This document shows, one piece after another, positions 10,505 to 19,994 of a DNA stretch of 64,000 nucleotides (positions are counted from its first letter, which is position 1; each line of letters begins with the position of its first letter). Both the position numbers and the translations under genes were made by a program. Source of the DNA: Candidatus Buchananbacteria bacterium (GTDB taxonomy: Bacteria; Patescibacteriota; Patescibacteriia; 2-01-FULL-39-33; JBAYJR01); contig JBAYJR010000008.1 of the NCBI GenBank assembly GCA_041665005.1, positions 1,423 through 65,422 of the forward strand. Direction: 5' to 3'. Under the pieces are notes generated by a model. It saw nothing but the letters and a program-made list of their open reading frames with translations. It made no database searches and had not been told where the DNA came from.

Positions 10505-11584
10505 TTAAGGCACTAGATTACTTGACTGCCACACAAAATTAGCGGTAAAACTTTCTTGCTCAGTAACCGGGGTATTTAAGGTAAAAATTAAACCACTTAA
10601 ATTATCAATTTTTTGCCAAACCATTTCTTGACGCTTAACCACTGCCGCCGTAGTCGCTAAACCACTAACAGCAATCTGATTACCACTAACTTTTACTTCA
10701 CTAATTTTTACTCCAGGTAATAAGCCACTCCGCAAAGCTTGATAAACTTCTAACTGAACTAGGCTTTGTCGATTAGCTTGACCTGAAATATTATCTAAAA
10801 AATTTTGTTGCGCTGAATCATAGTTATTAATTACGCCTTCTAGACCACTCACCCGTTTTTCTAGGCCGCTAATTTTTTGTTCCAAAAGATTGTTACGCTG
10901 CAATAAATAATTATCAGTCGTACGTAAAATTAAATAAAAAGATAACACAATAATAATAATTAACAAATAAACCAGAGCGGGAAAAAACGACGCCCAGTCA
11001 AAAAAATCATTTGGCGCTGTCTTAGCTTTAATTTTTTCTGCCCCGGCTGTTAAACCAAGTTTAGGGGTAGGAGTAGAAATTAATTTCTCAGAATTCAGGC
11101 GATTAAAATATTGCCAAAAACCTGGCCGAACTACCGGCTTGTTTAAAGGTTTAATCACTGGTTTAGTGATATTGGCCGGCACCGAATTTTTAGCAACTGC
11201 TTTATAAGTAGCTGGCGGTGGCAAATTAGGTAATTTAACCGTGCTCGCCATTTTAGGCTTAAAACTAAACCACCGGCGCCAAAAACTTCGCCTAACCACA
11301 ACTACTGGCTTTTTAAACGGCGCTTTAGGCTGAGGCTTAACCGCCACTCGGATCTGTCTGATTTCCGGCAATGGCGGACGACTAATTGGTCGACTGGTTT
11401 TAACCACGGGGGGCTGAAAAAATAATCTCTGCCATAAAGACAGACTGGGCTGTTTAACGATAGAATTCTTGGCTTGAGGTGAAACGTACTTAATGTCTGC
11501 CGAGGGCTTTTGTTTTTGCAATTTTTTTTGCAACTTTTCCTCAGACCAACGCAGCTCGGGTGGCAATAAATTAACGTTGGGCAT
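10505..11584 (-). CDS. PilN/PilO-like inner-membrane pilus alignment protein with atypical architecture
   Basis: 359 aa. N-terminal PilN-like NLLPPELRW motif, then about 170 aa of Pro/Lys-rich linker, one TM helix (FFPALVYLLIIIIVLSFYLIL), a coiled coil and a periplasmic domain. Located between pilM and pilB. Confidence 0.45.
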   Translation of the reverse strand: MPNVNLLPPELRWSEEKLQKKLQKQKPSADIKYVSPQAKNSIVKQPSLSLWQRLFFQPPVVKTSRPISRPPLPEIRQIRVAVKPQPKAPFKKPVVVVRRSFWRRWFSFKPKMASTVKLPNLPPPATYKAVAKNSVPANITKPVIKPLNKPVVRPGFWQYFNRLNSEKLISTPTPKLGLTAGAEKIKAKTAPNDFFDWASFFPALVYLLIIIIVLSFYLILRTTDNYLLQRNNLLEQKISGLEKRVSGLEGVINNYDSAQQNFLDNISGQANRQSLVQLEVYQALRSGLLPGVKISEVKVSGNQIAVSGLATTAAVVKRQEMVWQKIDNLSGLIFTLNTPVTEQESFTANFVWQSSNLVP

Positions 11585-11615
11585 AATGTTTTATTTTGTT
11601 TTATTTTTTAATTTT

Positions 11616-12710
11616 TTAAATAATTTCTCGCATTGCTAAGCCAACGGCGATAGACATCCGTGAACCAACTACATCCAAAACCGGTTTTAATTCTTCCGGA
11701 TACATCACTCTCGCCCAAGGATCCCCCAAATATACCTTAGTGCCTAAAATATTTGCTAAAAATTGTGGTAATTCTGGCAATAGCGCCCCGCCACCAGTTA
11801 AAATTACTTTTTCTATTTTTTGACCGGGTTGCTGTTGAAACAAATTATACGTGTATTTGATTTCATTAATAATCGGATTGAGAGCGGTTTGAAAAATTTC
11901 CAATAAATATTGTTGCCCTTTAATTTGCGTTAAGTCTCTTTTGACTTGCTCCGCCTGCCAAACCGATAATTTTAATTTTTCGGCAATTATTTTAGTCGCT
12001 GCCCAACTGCCATGTTGCAAACTCCGATGCAACAAGGGTAAACCATTTTGTACTAAAATAATTGTAGAAGTAGAAGCACCTAAATCCACTAACATGATAG
12101 AGGCCTGATCGTTGCCAATTAAAGAACGAGTCAAAGCAAAATCTTCAGTTTCCAAACTTAATAAATTTAAATCTGCGGCCTTAAAAATATTAATAAAATT
12201 TTCTACCAACCTTTTAGCGGTACCGGTCAACAAAACTTTCAAGTAAGGTTGTTGTTTAGTTAAAATTTGTTTTACCGCACCGTTGCCGTTTTCAAAAAAT
12301 TTACTACTCTTGGCCGCTAAGGGTTCGGGCCTAGCTTCGGCCACCACCTTCCAATCAATAATTACTTGATCCAAAGGTAACGGAATTAATTTTTTAGCTT
12401 CACTAAAAACTGCCTCCTTTAATTCTTTCTTTTCTAACTTAGGCAAAGTAATAATTGAAGTATAAACATCAAAACTCGGCAAAGACGCCACTACTTGACG
12501 CGAAGTAGTTTTGGCTTGCACGCAAATCTCTTTTAAAACTTTAGCCACTTCTAGGGTAGCTGGCGTAAAACCAATTTGCGATAAATTAACCAAGTTTTCA
12601 GAAAAACCGTAGGTAATTAGCTTAGGGCGTTTTTTGTCATTAGCTAGCTCCACCACCTTTAAGCCGGCACTGCCCAAATCAACCCCCAAAAAACTTGAAT
12701 TTCTAGCCAT
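11616..12710 (-). CDS. pilM: Type IV pilus assembly protein PilM (actin-like ATPase)
   Basis: 364 aa. N-terminus FLGVDLGSAGLKVVEL matches the PilM/FtsA-like sugar-kinase fold. It is the first gene of the operon. Confidence 0.8.
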   Translation of the reverse strand: MARNSSFLGVDLGSAGLKVVELANDKKRPKLITYGFSENLVNLSQIGFTPATLEVAKVLKEICVQAKTTSRQVVASLPSFDVYTSIITLPKLEKKELKEAVFSEAKKLIPLPLDQVIIDWKVVAEARPEPLAAKSSKFFENGNGAVKQILTKQQPYLKVLLTGTAKRLVENFINIFKAADLNLLSLETEDFALTRSLIGNDQASIMLVDLGASTSTIILVQNGLPLLHRSLQHGSWAATKIIAEKLKLSVWQAEQVKRDLTQIKGQQYLLEIFQTALNPIINEIKYTYNLFQQQPGQKIEKVILTGGGALLPELPQFLANILGTKVYLGDPWARVMYPEELKPVLDVVGSRMSIAVGLAMREII

Positions 12711-12794
12711 AATTAATAATTGATAATTTTTGATTTTTATTTATAAACCCAATCTAACCAACTAAACGCTCCAAAAAACAACTCAACAACAACA

Positions 12795-12823
12795 TTGACC
12801 GCTCTTGGTTATTATTATATAAT
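12795..12823 (+). promoter_or_regulatory. Sigma70-like promoter: TTGACC, 17-nt spacer, TATAAT
   Basis: Read from sequence: TTGACC at 12795-12800 and TATAAT at 12818-12823, in the divergent intergenic region upstream of lemA. Confidence 0.4.
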
Positions 12824-12936
12824 AAAAAAGAGTTTTTGGCACTTTTGACTGCTAAAAATATTTCAAACCTTTATTATTATAACATATTTTAATAATCTAA
12901 TTCAACCCCTTTGGGGAATCTAAAATAAAAAACTTT

Positions 12937-13491
12937 ATGGCAATGTTTTATTGGTTTCTGTTTGTTGTAATCGGTTTAATCGCAATCTGGCTAATTGCCG
13001 TTTATAACGGTTTAATTAGAGCTAAAAATCAAACCCAAGAAGCCTTTTCCGATATTGACGTGCAGCTTAAACGTCGTTACGACTTAATTCCTAATTTAGT
13101 AAACACCGTCAAGGGTTACGCCACTCACGAACAGCAATTATTTACTAAAGTTACCGAGGCTCGCGCTCAAGCAATGTCCGCTAAAGGTTTAGCCGAAAAA
13201 ACTCAAGCGGAAAATACTTTGTCGCAAACTTTAAAATCTTTATTTGCCGTCAGTGAAAATTATCCTGATCTAAAAGCTAGCCAAAATTTTTTACAACTCC
13301 AAGATGAATTAACTGACACCGAAAACAAAATTCAAGCCTCCCGTCGCTTTTACAATGGCAATGTCCGAGACTTTAATATTAAACTTCAAGTTTTTCCGAC
13401 CAATCTAATTGCCTCCTCTCTTAACTTTAAGCCCTTTGAATTTTTTGGCGCGGCCGAAACTGAAAAAGAACCGGTCAAAGTACAATTCTAA
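12937..13491 (+). CDS. lemA: LemA family membrane protein
   Basis: 184 aa. N-terminal TM helix, then a LemA-like region (IAVYNGLIRAKNQ...). The classic pairing with a downstream HtpX-like protease is present. Confidence 0.8.
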   Translation: MAMFYWFLFVVIGLIAIWLIAVYNGLIRAKNQTQEAFSDIDVQLKRRYDLIPNLVNTVKGYATHEQQLFTKVTEARAQAMSAKGLAEKTQAENTLSQTLKSLFAVSENYPDLKASQNFLQLQDELTDTENKIQASRRFYNGNVRDFNIKLQVFPTNLIASSLNFKPFEFFGAAETEKEPVKVQF

Positions 13492-13599
13492 CTAAAAAAT
13501 TCACAATTTTTTCTTTTCAATTTTTATAGCCCTACTCTAGTAGTGATGACTTGAAACTGCCTTAAATTGAAAAATAAAAAAATTAAAAATACAATTTTT

Positions 13600-14493
13600 A
13601 TGTACAACCAAATCGCCGCTAACAAACGTCGTACGATTATTTTAATCAGCGTTTTTGTAATTTTAATTATGGCGATTGGTTATTTTTTTAGCCAATACTT
13701 TCAAGCAGGCTCTGGCTTTTTAGTTTTAGCGGTAGTTATTTCAATTGCGATGTCTTTAATTAGTTACTATTCTGGAGATAAAATTGCTTTGTGGACCGCT
13801 CATGCCAAACCAATAACCAAGGCGGATAATCCTTATGTCTATCGCCTGGTAGAAAATCTTTGCCTGACCGCTGGTTTACCGTTACCGAAAATTTATCTCA
13901 TCGCTGACCCCGCCATCAACGCTTTTGCCACCGGTCGTGACCCCCAGCATGCTTCCTTGGCTTTAACTCTAGGCGCCGTAGAAAAATTACAAAATGAAGA
14001 ACTAGAAGGAGTGATCGCCCACGAATTATCACACATTAAAAATTATGACATCAGATTAATGATGGTAGTCTTGGTTTTAGTGGGAATTATCGCCTTATTG
14101 TCTGATTGGTTTATTCGCGGTAGCCTGTTCAGCCGTGGTCAACGAAGCGACGAAAATAAACTAAATCCCATCATTGCTTTAATCGGGATTATTTTAATTA
14201 TACTTTCACCAATTATTGCTCAATTAATCAAATTAGCAATTTCTCGGCGCCGGGAATTCTTAGCGGACGCCGACGGAGTACTATTAACCCGCTACCCAGA
14301 AGGTTTAGCCGGAGCCCTAACTAAAATTGCTCAGGATAATTTACCCTTACAACAAGCCAACAATGCCACCGCTCATTTATATTTAGCCAATCCTTTTGGT
14401 GGCACTAAAAAATTATTTAGCCGACTCTTTGCCACTCACCCCCCGATTGAAGAAAGAATTAAAGCCTTAAAAAATATGGGGCAAGCCAAATAA
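13600..14493 (+). CDS. htpX: HtpX-like M48 zinc metalloprotease
   Basis: HExxH motif (HELSHIKNYD) with multiple TM helices. The track ORF starts at TTG 13567, but the ATG at 13600 (MYNQIAAN...) is the more likely start. Confidence 0.85.
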   Translation: MYNQIAANKRRTIILISVFVILIMAIGYFFSQYFQAGSGFLVLAVVISIAMSLISYYSGDKIALWTAHAKPITKADNPYVYRLVENLCLTAGLPLPKIYLIADPAINAFATGRDPQHASLALTLGAVEKLQNEELEGVIAHELSHIKNYDIRLMMVVLVLVGIIALLSDWFIRGSLFSRGQRSDENKLNPIIALIGIILIILSPIIAQLIKLAISRRREFLADADGVLLTRYPEGLAGALTKIAQDNLPLQQANNATAHLYLANPFGGTKKLFSRLFATHPPIEERIKALKNMGQAK

Positions 14494-14543
14494 ACTAAAT
14501 TTTATTCTCCGGTTAATCAACAATCTAACCTTTTAACATCTTT

Positions 14544-17030
14544 ATGTCTCATCATATTTTGCAACGTTTTACTAATAATTTTAAAAAAGCTTTAACCGAA
14601 GCAAAAATTTTAGCGACTGAATTAAGACAGCCAGAAATTAATCCCGAACATTTACTTTACGGCCTATTAATCCAGCGCGGTTCTTTAGGCGCCGAAATAT
14701 TAATCAAAGCTAAAGCGGATAAAGAAGAATTAAAAAAATTAATCAGCGAACTAGCCGGACCAAAAATTATTGAACCAGCCACCAAACTATCTGCCGACAG
14801 TCGCCAGGTGATAAAAAAAGCAGTATTGACTGCTTATGCCAGTCTTCATCCTTACGTTGGCAGTGAACATTTATTAGCCGGCTTAATCCAAAGCCGATCA
14901 GCCAACTTAATAACCGTTTTAAGACAATCAAAAATTGATTTGGATTTTTTGTCACAACAAGTTTTTGCTACTTTAAAAAGCACTTCCAAATTTCCCGATT
15001 TAACCGAATCTTTTACCGAAAACTTAGACGCTGAAAATTTAACTAAAGAAAAAGAAAACAAGGCTTTAGAATTTTTTGGCACTAATTTAACCAGCGAAAA
15101 AGCCCAACAAAAAATTGACCCGGTAATTGGTCGCGAAGAAGAAATTACCCGCCTGATTCAAATCTTATGCCGTCGCCACAAAAATAACCCCCTCCTCTTG
15201 GGCGACCCCGGAGTGGGTAAAACTGCCATCATTGAAGGCTTAGCAAAAAAAATTTTAAACCACGAAGTGCCCGACATTTTATTAAATAAAAAAATTTATA
15301 CTTTAGATTTGGGCTCCACCGTCGCCGGCACGATGTATCGTGGTGAATTTGAAAATCGGCTAAAACAAATTATTGCCGAGGCCAAAGCTGACCCTAATAT
15401 TATTATTTTTATCGACGAGATTCATACCCTAGTCGGCGCCGGTTCGGCTTCGGGTTCTTTAGACGCCGCCAACTTATTTAAACCCGCCTTGGCCCGCGGT
15501 GAAATTAGAGTAATCGGCGCTACCACCCTAGAAGAATCACGTAAATACATTGAGAATGACGCCGCCTTAGAACGTCGCTTTCAAACAATTATTGTTAACG
15601 AGCCTTCGGCGGCTAAAACCAAAGAAATTTTACAGGGTATTAAAAAATTTTATGAACAATTTCATCAAGTACAAATTATGCCTTCGGCGATTGAGGCAGC
15701 GGTTAAGTTGTCTGAACGCTATTTACCAGAAAAATTTTTACCCGATAAGGCAATTGATTTAATTGATGAAGCGGCGGCCAGTTTAAAATTAAAACAACCC
15801 AATAATCCAGCCCAAAAAGAATTACGCCGACTAGCCAAAAATTTAACTGAGCTAAAAATTAAAATTTCTAAAGCTTTATTAGCTGACGATTTTACTTTAG
15901 CTAAAACTTTAAAAACTGAACAAGCCGTTTTAGTCCACCAGCAAGTCACGCTTAGCAAAAACTCCGGCCGAGATTTAACTAAAAACCTAGGCCAAATAAC
16001 TGATCAAGATATTGCTATTTTAGTAGCCAAAATCACCAACATTCCTTTAACTAATTTACTAATTTCCACCAAAAAGAAATTTACTAACCTAGCGAAAGAA
16101 TTAAGTACGGAAATTATCGGTCAAACCGAAGCGATTACCGCGGTGGCTGAATTTATGCGCCGAGCGGAAGCCGGCCTAGCCTCCCACAACCGCCCCATTG
16201 CCTCTTTTCTATTTTTGGGGCCTTCGGGGGTCGGCAAAACCGAACTGGCCAAAGTAATGGCCAAAAAACTATTTGCCACCGCTGGCGGAAATTTATCTGA
16301 CCGCGAAGCTTTTGTGCGTATTGATATGTCGGAATATCACGAAAGTTTTAATATATCCAAATTAATCGGCGCCCCAGCCGGTTATGTTGGTTACAAAGAA
16401 AGCGGCAAACTAACCGAAAGCGTCAAACGCCGACCTTATTCCTTAGTTTTGTTTGATGAGATAGAAAAAGCCCATCCGGATGTCTTTAATTTGCTTTTAC
16501 AAATTTTAGAGGACGGTCATTTAACCGACGCCACGGGCAAAAAAATAAATTTTAAAAACACCATCATCGTGTTAACTTCCAACCTTGGCACGGCTCAGTT
16601 GCGCCAAAAAGATATTGGTTTTAATAGCAAAAAATCCAGTCTACTTAAAGAAGATTTTATGCAAGCCAAGGAACAAATTATAACAGAGCTAGAAAACACC
16701 TTGCGCCCAGAATTTTTAAATCGTTTAGACAAAATTATTGTCTTTAATCCTCTCTCTAATCTTGATTTGATTAAAATTGCCCAATTACAACTAGCCGAAC
16801 TAGCCCACAAACTAAATGAGCAAAAAATTAAACTAAAATATTCTCCAGAAATAGCTAAATTTATTGCCAAAAAATCTTTTTTAACCAACCAAGGCGCTCG
16901 GGCAATCCGTCAAAAAATTTCTGACCTAATTGCCAACCCTTTGGCTGAACGCTTATTAAACAACAAATATCCGGCTGGCCAAACCTTACAATTAACCCTA
17001 AAAAGTGGTAAAATACATTTAGCAAACTAA
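14544..17030 (+). CDS. clpC: ClpB/ClpC-family AAA+ chaperone ATPase
   Basis: 828 aa. Double Clp_N repeat, two AAA+ modules (GDPGVGKTA and [12 protein letters not shown] Walker A) and a short middle domain, which favours ClpC over ClpB. Confidence 0.85.
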   Translation: MSHHILQRFTNNFKKALTEAKILATELRQPEINPEHLLYGLLIQRGSLGAEILIKAKADKEELKKLISELAGPKIIEPATKLSADSRQVIKKAVLTAYASLHPYVGSEHLLAGLIQSRSANLITVLRQSKIDLDFLSQQVFATLKSTSKFPDLTESFTENLDAENLTKEKENKALEFFGTNLTSEKAQQKIDPVIGREEEITRLIQILCRRHKNNPLLLGDPGVGKTAIIEGLAKKILNHEVPDILLNKKIYTLDLGSTVAGTMYRGEFENRLKQIIAEAKADPNIIIFIDEIHTLVGAGSASGSLDAANLFKPALARGEIRVIGATTLEESRKYIENDAALERRFQTIIVNEPSAAKTKEILQGIKKFYEQFHQVQIMPSAIEAAVKLSERYLPEKFLPDKAIDLIDEAAASLKLKQPNNPAQKELRRLAKNLTELKIKISKALLADDFTLAKTLKTEQAVLVHQQVTLSKNSGRDLTKNLGQITDQDIAILVAKITNIPLTNLLISTKKKFTNLAKELSTEIIGQTEAITAVAEFMRRAEAGLASHNRPIASFLFLGPSGVGKTELAKVMAKKLFATAGGNLSDREAFVRIDMSEYHESFNISKLIGAPAGYVGYKESGKLTESVKRRPYSLVLFDEIEKAHPDVFNLLLQILEDGHLTDATGKKINFKNTIIVLTSNLGTAQLRQKDIGFNSKKSSLLKEDFMQAKEQIITELENTLRPEFLNRLDKIIVFNPLSNLDLIKIAQLQLAELAHKLNEQKIKLKYSPEIAKFIAKKSFLTNQGARAIRQKISDLIANPLAERLLNNKYPAGQTLQLTLKSGKIHLAN

Positions 17031-17037
17031 CCACTTT

Positions 17038-17961
17038 ATGGCCTTATCTTTAGCCGAGGAACTGAAAAACAAACGCCAACTAACTAACGCTAAGTTTATT
17101 AAACAATTTAGCCAAGTTTTGAGCAACCAGCCGACTGGTTTAGTTAAATCACAAATACCAAAAACTTTTATCCCTACCACTAATTCTAACCTAAGCGAAA
17201 GTAAGGCCACACCAAGAACTAACCTAAAAAGTTTTAACCAAACAAATGCCAATCCTGATTATGTTTCTCGCCCTGCCATTCAATCGACCGCTAATTATCC
17301 TGCGGACTCCGGCGATAGTTTAGAAGCTGAAATACCAGAAAAAGAACCCGGCGCCATTAGACAAGCTGCCGATCGGGGCTTAGAACAACTTAAAGAAGAA
17401 GCCAAAAATAGATTAAAGCAAAAAGCCAAAAAAGAATTAGAAAAAAGATTTCCCGAACAATACCAAAAATATCAAGAATTTGCTAGAAATTTAAATAGTT
17501 TAAGAGGCACGGCCCAAGCTGGTCAAAATCTTAGCACTGCTACCGCCGAAGGTGTTACTGGCGGGGCGGCAGCGGGAACCGTAGCCGAAGGTGCGGTTGG
17601 TGGCGCCGCCGGAACAGTGGCTAGCGGTGGAGCTGCAGCTGGAGGAGCCGCAGCCGGTGGAACTGCAACCGCGGCGGCTGGTGGCACGGCTACTGCCGCT
17701 GGTGGCACGGCGGCCGCGGCTGGTAGCGTCTCAATTGGTTGGATTATCCTAATTATTGTAGTTGTTATTTTGGTTATAATTTTTATCTTTATGCTAATTA
17801 ATATCGCCGCTGACCAAACCAACAGCAAAGATAATAACATACAACTTATCCAACAAGGAGCGGCAGCACGCCAACAACTGCTTATTGAACAACAAGAGGC
17901 CTCGCAGGCAGCAATTGATGAAAAAAATTCGCGAGCTGGCGGCAGTGTAGACCAACAATAA
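17038..17961 (+). CDS. Hypothetical protein with a Gly/Ala-rich low-complexity tract and a C-terminal TM anchor
   Basis: 307 aa. A charged coiled-coil-like N-terminal half, about 70 aa of GGAAAGT-type repeats, then a TM helix (IGWIILIIVVVILVIIFIFMLI). The antisense track ORF 17523..17978 is a mirror artefact of the GC-rich repeat. Confidence 0.5.
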   Translation: MALSLAEELKNKRQLTNAKFIKQFSQVLSNQPTGLVKSQIPKTFIPTTNSNLSESKATPRTNLKSFNQTNANPDYVSRPAIQSTANYPADSGDSLEAEIPEKEPGAIRQAADRGLEQLKEEAKNRLKQKAKKELEKRFPEQYQKYQEFARNLNSLRGTAQAGQNLSTATAEGVTGGAAAGTVAEGAVGGAAGTVASGGAAAGGAAAGGTATAAAGGTATAAGGTAAAAGSVSIGWIILIIVVVILVIIFIFMLINIAADQTNSKDNNIQLIQQGAAARQQLLIEQQEASQAAIDEKNSRAGGSVDQQ

Positions 17962-17983
17962 ACCAATAATTTAACCAAATAAT

Positions 17984-19228
17984 ATGATAATTAGCTCTTG
18001 GCCTTGGAAAAAAATTTTAATGATCGCCGGTTTTTTAATTTTGGCGGTATTTTTAGCGGTCTTACTTTATTTAGTTTTTTTTCAACCCGCCACTACCCCT
18101 AACGAACCCCTTAACAACAATCTTAATCAAGATGAGTTGCCTAATACTAATTTAAATTTAAATGCCCAATCAAATACCAATAGTAGTGGCTTAACCCCAT
18201 CAGGAGAAATAACTCAACCACAAACCAATACTAATACCGCCCCCGCCCTGGTGGCTAATGGTGGCTTAACCGAAGTTAACCAATTAACCGAAAATTCCGT
18301 GATTAGTTTAACCAGCGAAAGTGCCAAGGTTATCTACTACCAAGCCACTGACGGCAAATTTTATACCTTAAACGCCAACGGTCAACCGCAGGCCCTAAGC
18401 GATAAAATTTTTTACTCCGTGCAAAAAGCCACTTGGTCACCGGACCGCAGTCAAGCTATTTTAGAATATCCCGATGGCAGCAAAATTGTTTATAATTTTC
18501 AAACTAAAAAACAAGTCACCCTACCTAAACATTGGCAAGATTTTTCTTGGTCACCTAGCGGGGGGCAAATTGCCGCCAAAAGCTTAGGCCTAGATTCGGA
18601 CAATCGCTACATTATTGTCAGTAATGCTGATGGTAGCCAAGCAAAAATTATTGAAAGCATTGGCAACAACGCCGATAATTTTATTATTAATTGGTCACCC
18701 AACCAACAAATTATTGCCTCTTACAGCAACGGCTTAGATTTTGATCGGCAAAAAATTTATTTCGTTGGTTTAAATCAAGAAAATTTTAAAGGTATGACCG
18801 TGCCGGGTCGTGGCTTGCAAACTAAGTGGTCTACGGCCGGCGATTTATTGCTTTATAGTGTTTACACTAGCACCAACGGTTACCGCCCGGAATTATGGGT
18901 GGCTTCTGGCTTACCCAACACTATGGGCGAGGCCAGGCGCAGTCTCAAAGTTAATACCTTTGCCGATAAATGCGCTTTTGCTGATAACCAAACTTTATAT
19001 TGTGCCGTGCCAACTGACCCCGTAGAAAATAGCGGTCTACTACCGGATTTACTTAAAAATATTCCCGATAAATTACAAAAAATTAATCTTGGTACCGGAC
19101 TAGTCACAGAAATAGCCACCCTACCAACCAATTACACCATCAACAAATTAATTGCCGCCTCAGATAATTCGGCTATCTATTTTACCGCCAGCAATCAAAT
19201 GGGTTTATTTTCAATAAAACTTAAATAA
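17984..19228 (+). CDS. Membrane-anchored or secreted beta-propeller (TolB/PD40-like) protein
   Basis: 414 aa. N-terminal TM/signal anchor, an S/T/N/P-rich linker, then repeats of WSPDxxxIA / WSPSGGQIA resembling PD40 blades. Confidence 0.5.
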   Translation: MIISSWPWKKILMIAGFLILAVFLAVLLYLVFFQPATTPNEPLNNNLNQDELPNTNLNLNAQSNTNSSGLTPSGEITQPQTNTNTAPALVANGGLTEVNQLTENSVISLTSESAKVIYYQATDGKFYTLNANGQPQALSDKIFYSVQKATWSPDRSQAILEYPDGSKIVYNFQTKKQVTLPKHWQDFSWSPSGGQIAAKSLGLDSDNRYIIVSNADGSQAKIIESIGNNADNFIINWSPNQQIIASYSNGLDFDRQKIYFVGLNQENFKGMTVPGRGLQTKWSTAGDLLLYSVYTSTNGYRPELWVASGLPNTMGEARRSLKVNTFADKCAFADNQTLYCAVPTDPVENSGLLPDLLKNIPDKLQKINLGTGLVTEIATLPTNYTINKLIAASDNSAIYFTASNQMGLFSIKLK

Positions 19229-19233
19229 AAAAT

Positions 19234-19989
19234 ATGCCATTCATTAAAAAAAATGCTTCCAAAAAATTTGACCGCCAATTTGTTCTGGCTTCCTTATTAA
19301 TTTTGGCCTTACTGGTCGCCACTTTAGTTTTTTTAAGAATTAGTCTAGGCGGCCTATTGACCGCTTTAAAAACTAACAGCACCGACATTACTTTGGGCGC
19401 TTTAGAAAAATTCCAAACTGGCGATTTATTAATCACCAAAGCCGACCCCTTTAGCCCCGAGGCTTCAGGTGAACCAATTATTAAAGACACTGACCAAACT
19501 CAAGGCCCGCGCAACGCCCCAATTACTTTAGTAGAATACACCGATTTTTTATGTCCTTATTGCGCCCAAATCCAACCGCTAATTAAACAAGCACAAGCAG
19601 CCTATCCCGGAAAAATTCGCTTAATTTTTAAAGACGCCCCCAACGAAAATTTACACCCCGGCAGTTGGCTAGCTCATCAAGCGGCCTGGTGCGCCCAGAA
19701 TCAAAACAAATTCTGGCCCTTTGCGGAGTTATTATGGGCACAAGTAAACTTTCAACCCACCGCTACGCAATTAACCGCTTTAGCAAAAATTTTAAAACTA
19801 AATCTGGCACAATTTAACACTTGTTTAAGCGAACAGGAAACTCTAAAATGGATTTGGCTTAATAATAAAGAAGCAGAAGCTTTAAATATTAGCAACACTC
19901 CCTTTTTTTATCTTAACCAAAAACCTTTAGGTAGTACCCTAACCTGGGAAAGTCTGAAACAAACCATTGATCAAGAATTAGCCAAATAA
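19234..19989 (+). CDS. DsbA-family thiol:disulfide oxidoreductase (thioredoxin fold)
   Basis: 251 aa. N-terminal TM anchor and a CxxC active site (FLCPYCAQI). Confidence 0.7.
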   Translation: MPFIKKNASKKFDRQFVLASLLILALLVATLVFLRISLGGLLTALKTNSTDITLGALEKFQTGDLLITKADPFSPEASGEPIIKDTDQTQGPRNAPITLVEYTDFLCPYCAQIQPLIKQAQAAYPGKIRLIFKDAPNENLHPGSWLAHQAAWCAQNQNKFWPFAELLWAQVNFQPTATQLTALAKILKLNLAQFNTCLSEQETLKWIWLNNKEAEALNISNTPFFYLNQKPLGSTLTWESLKQTIDQELAK

Positions 19990-19994
19990 TTTTT

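Noticed and set aside
17523-17978. Antisense 151-aa ORF full of Ala/Pro repeats
   Set aside because: It is a mirror-image artefact of the GC-rich Gly/Ala codon repeat inside the sense gene 17038..17961.
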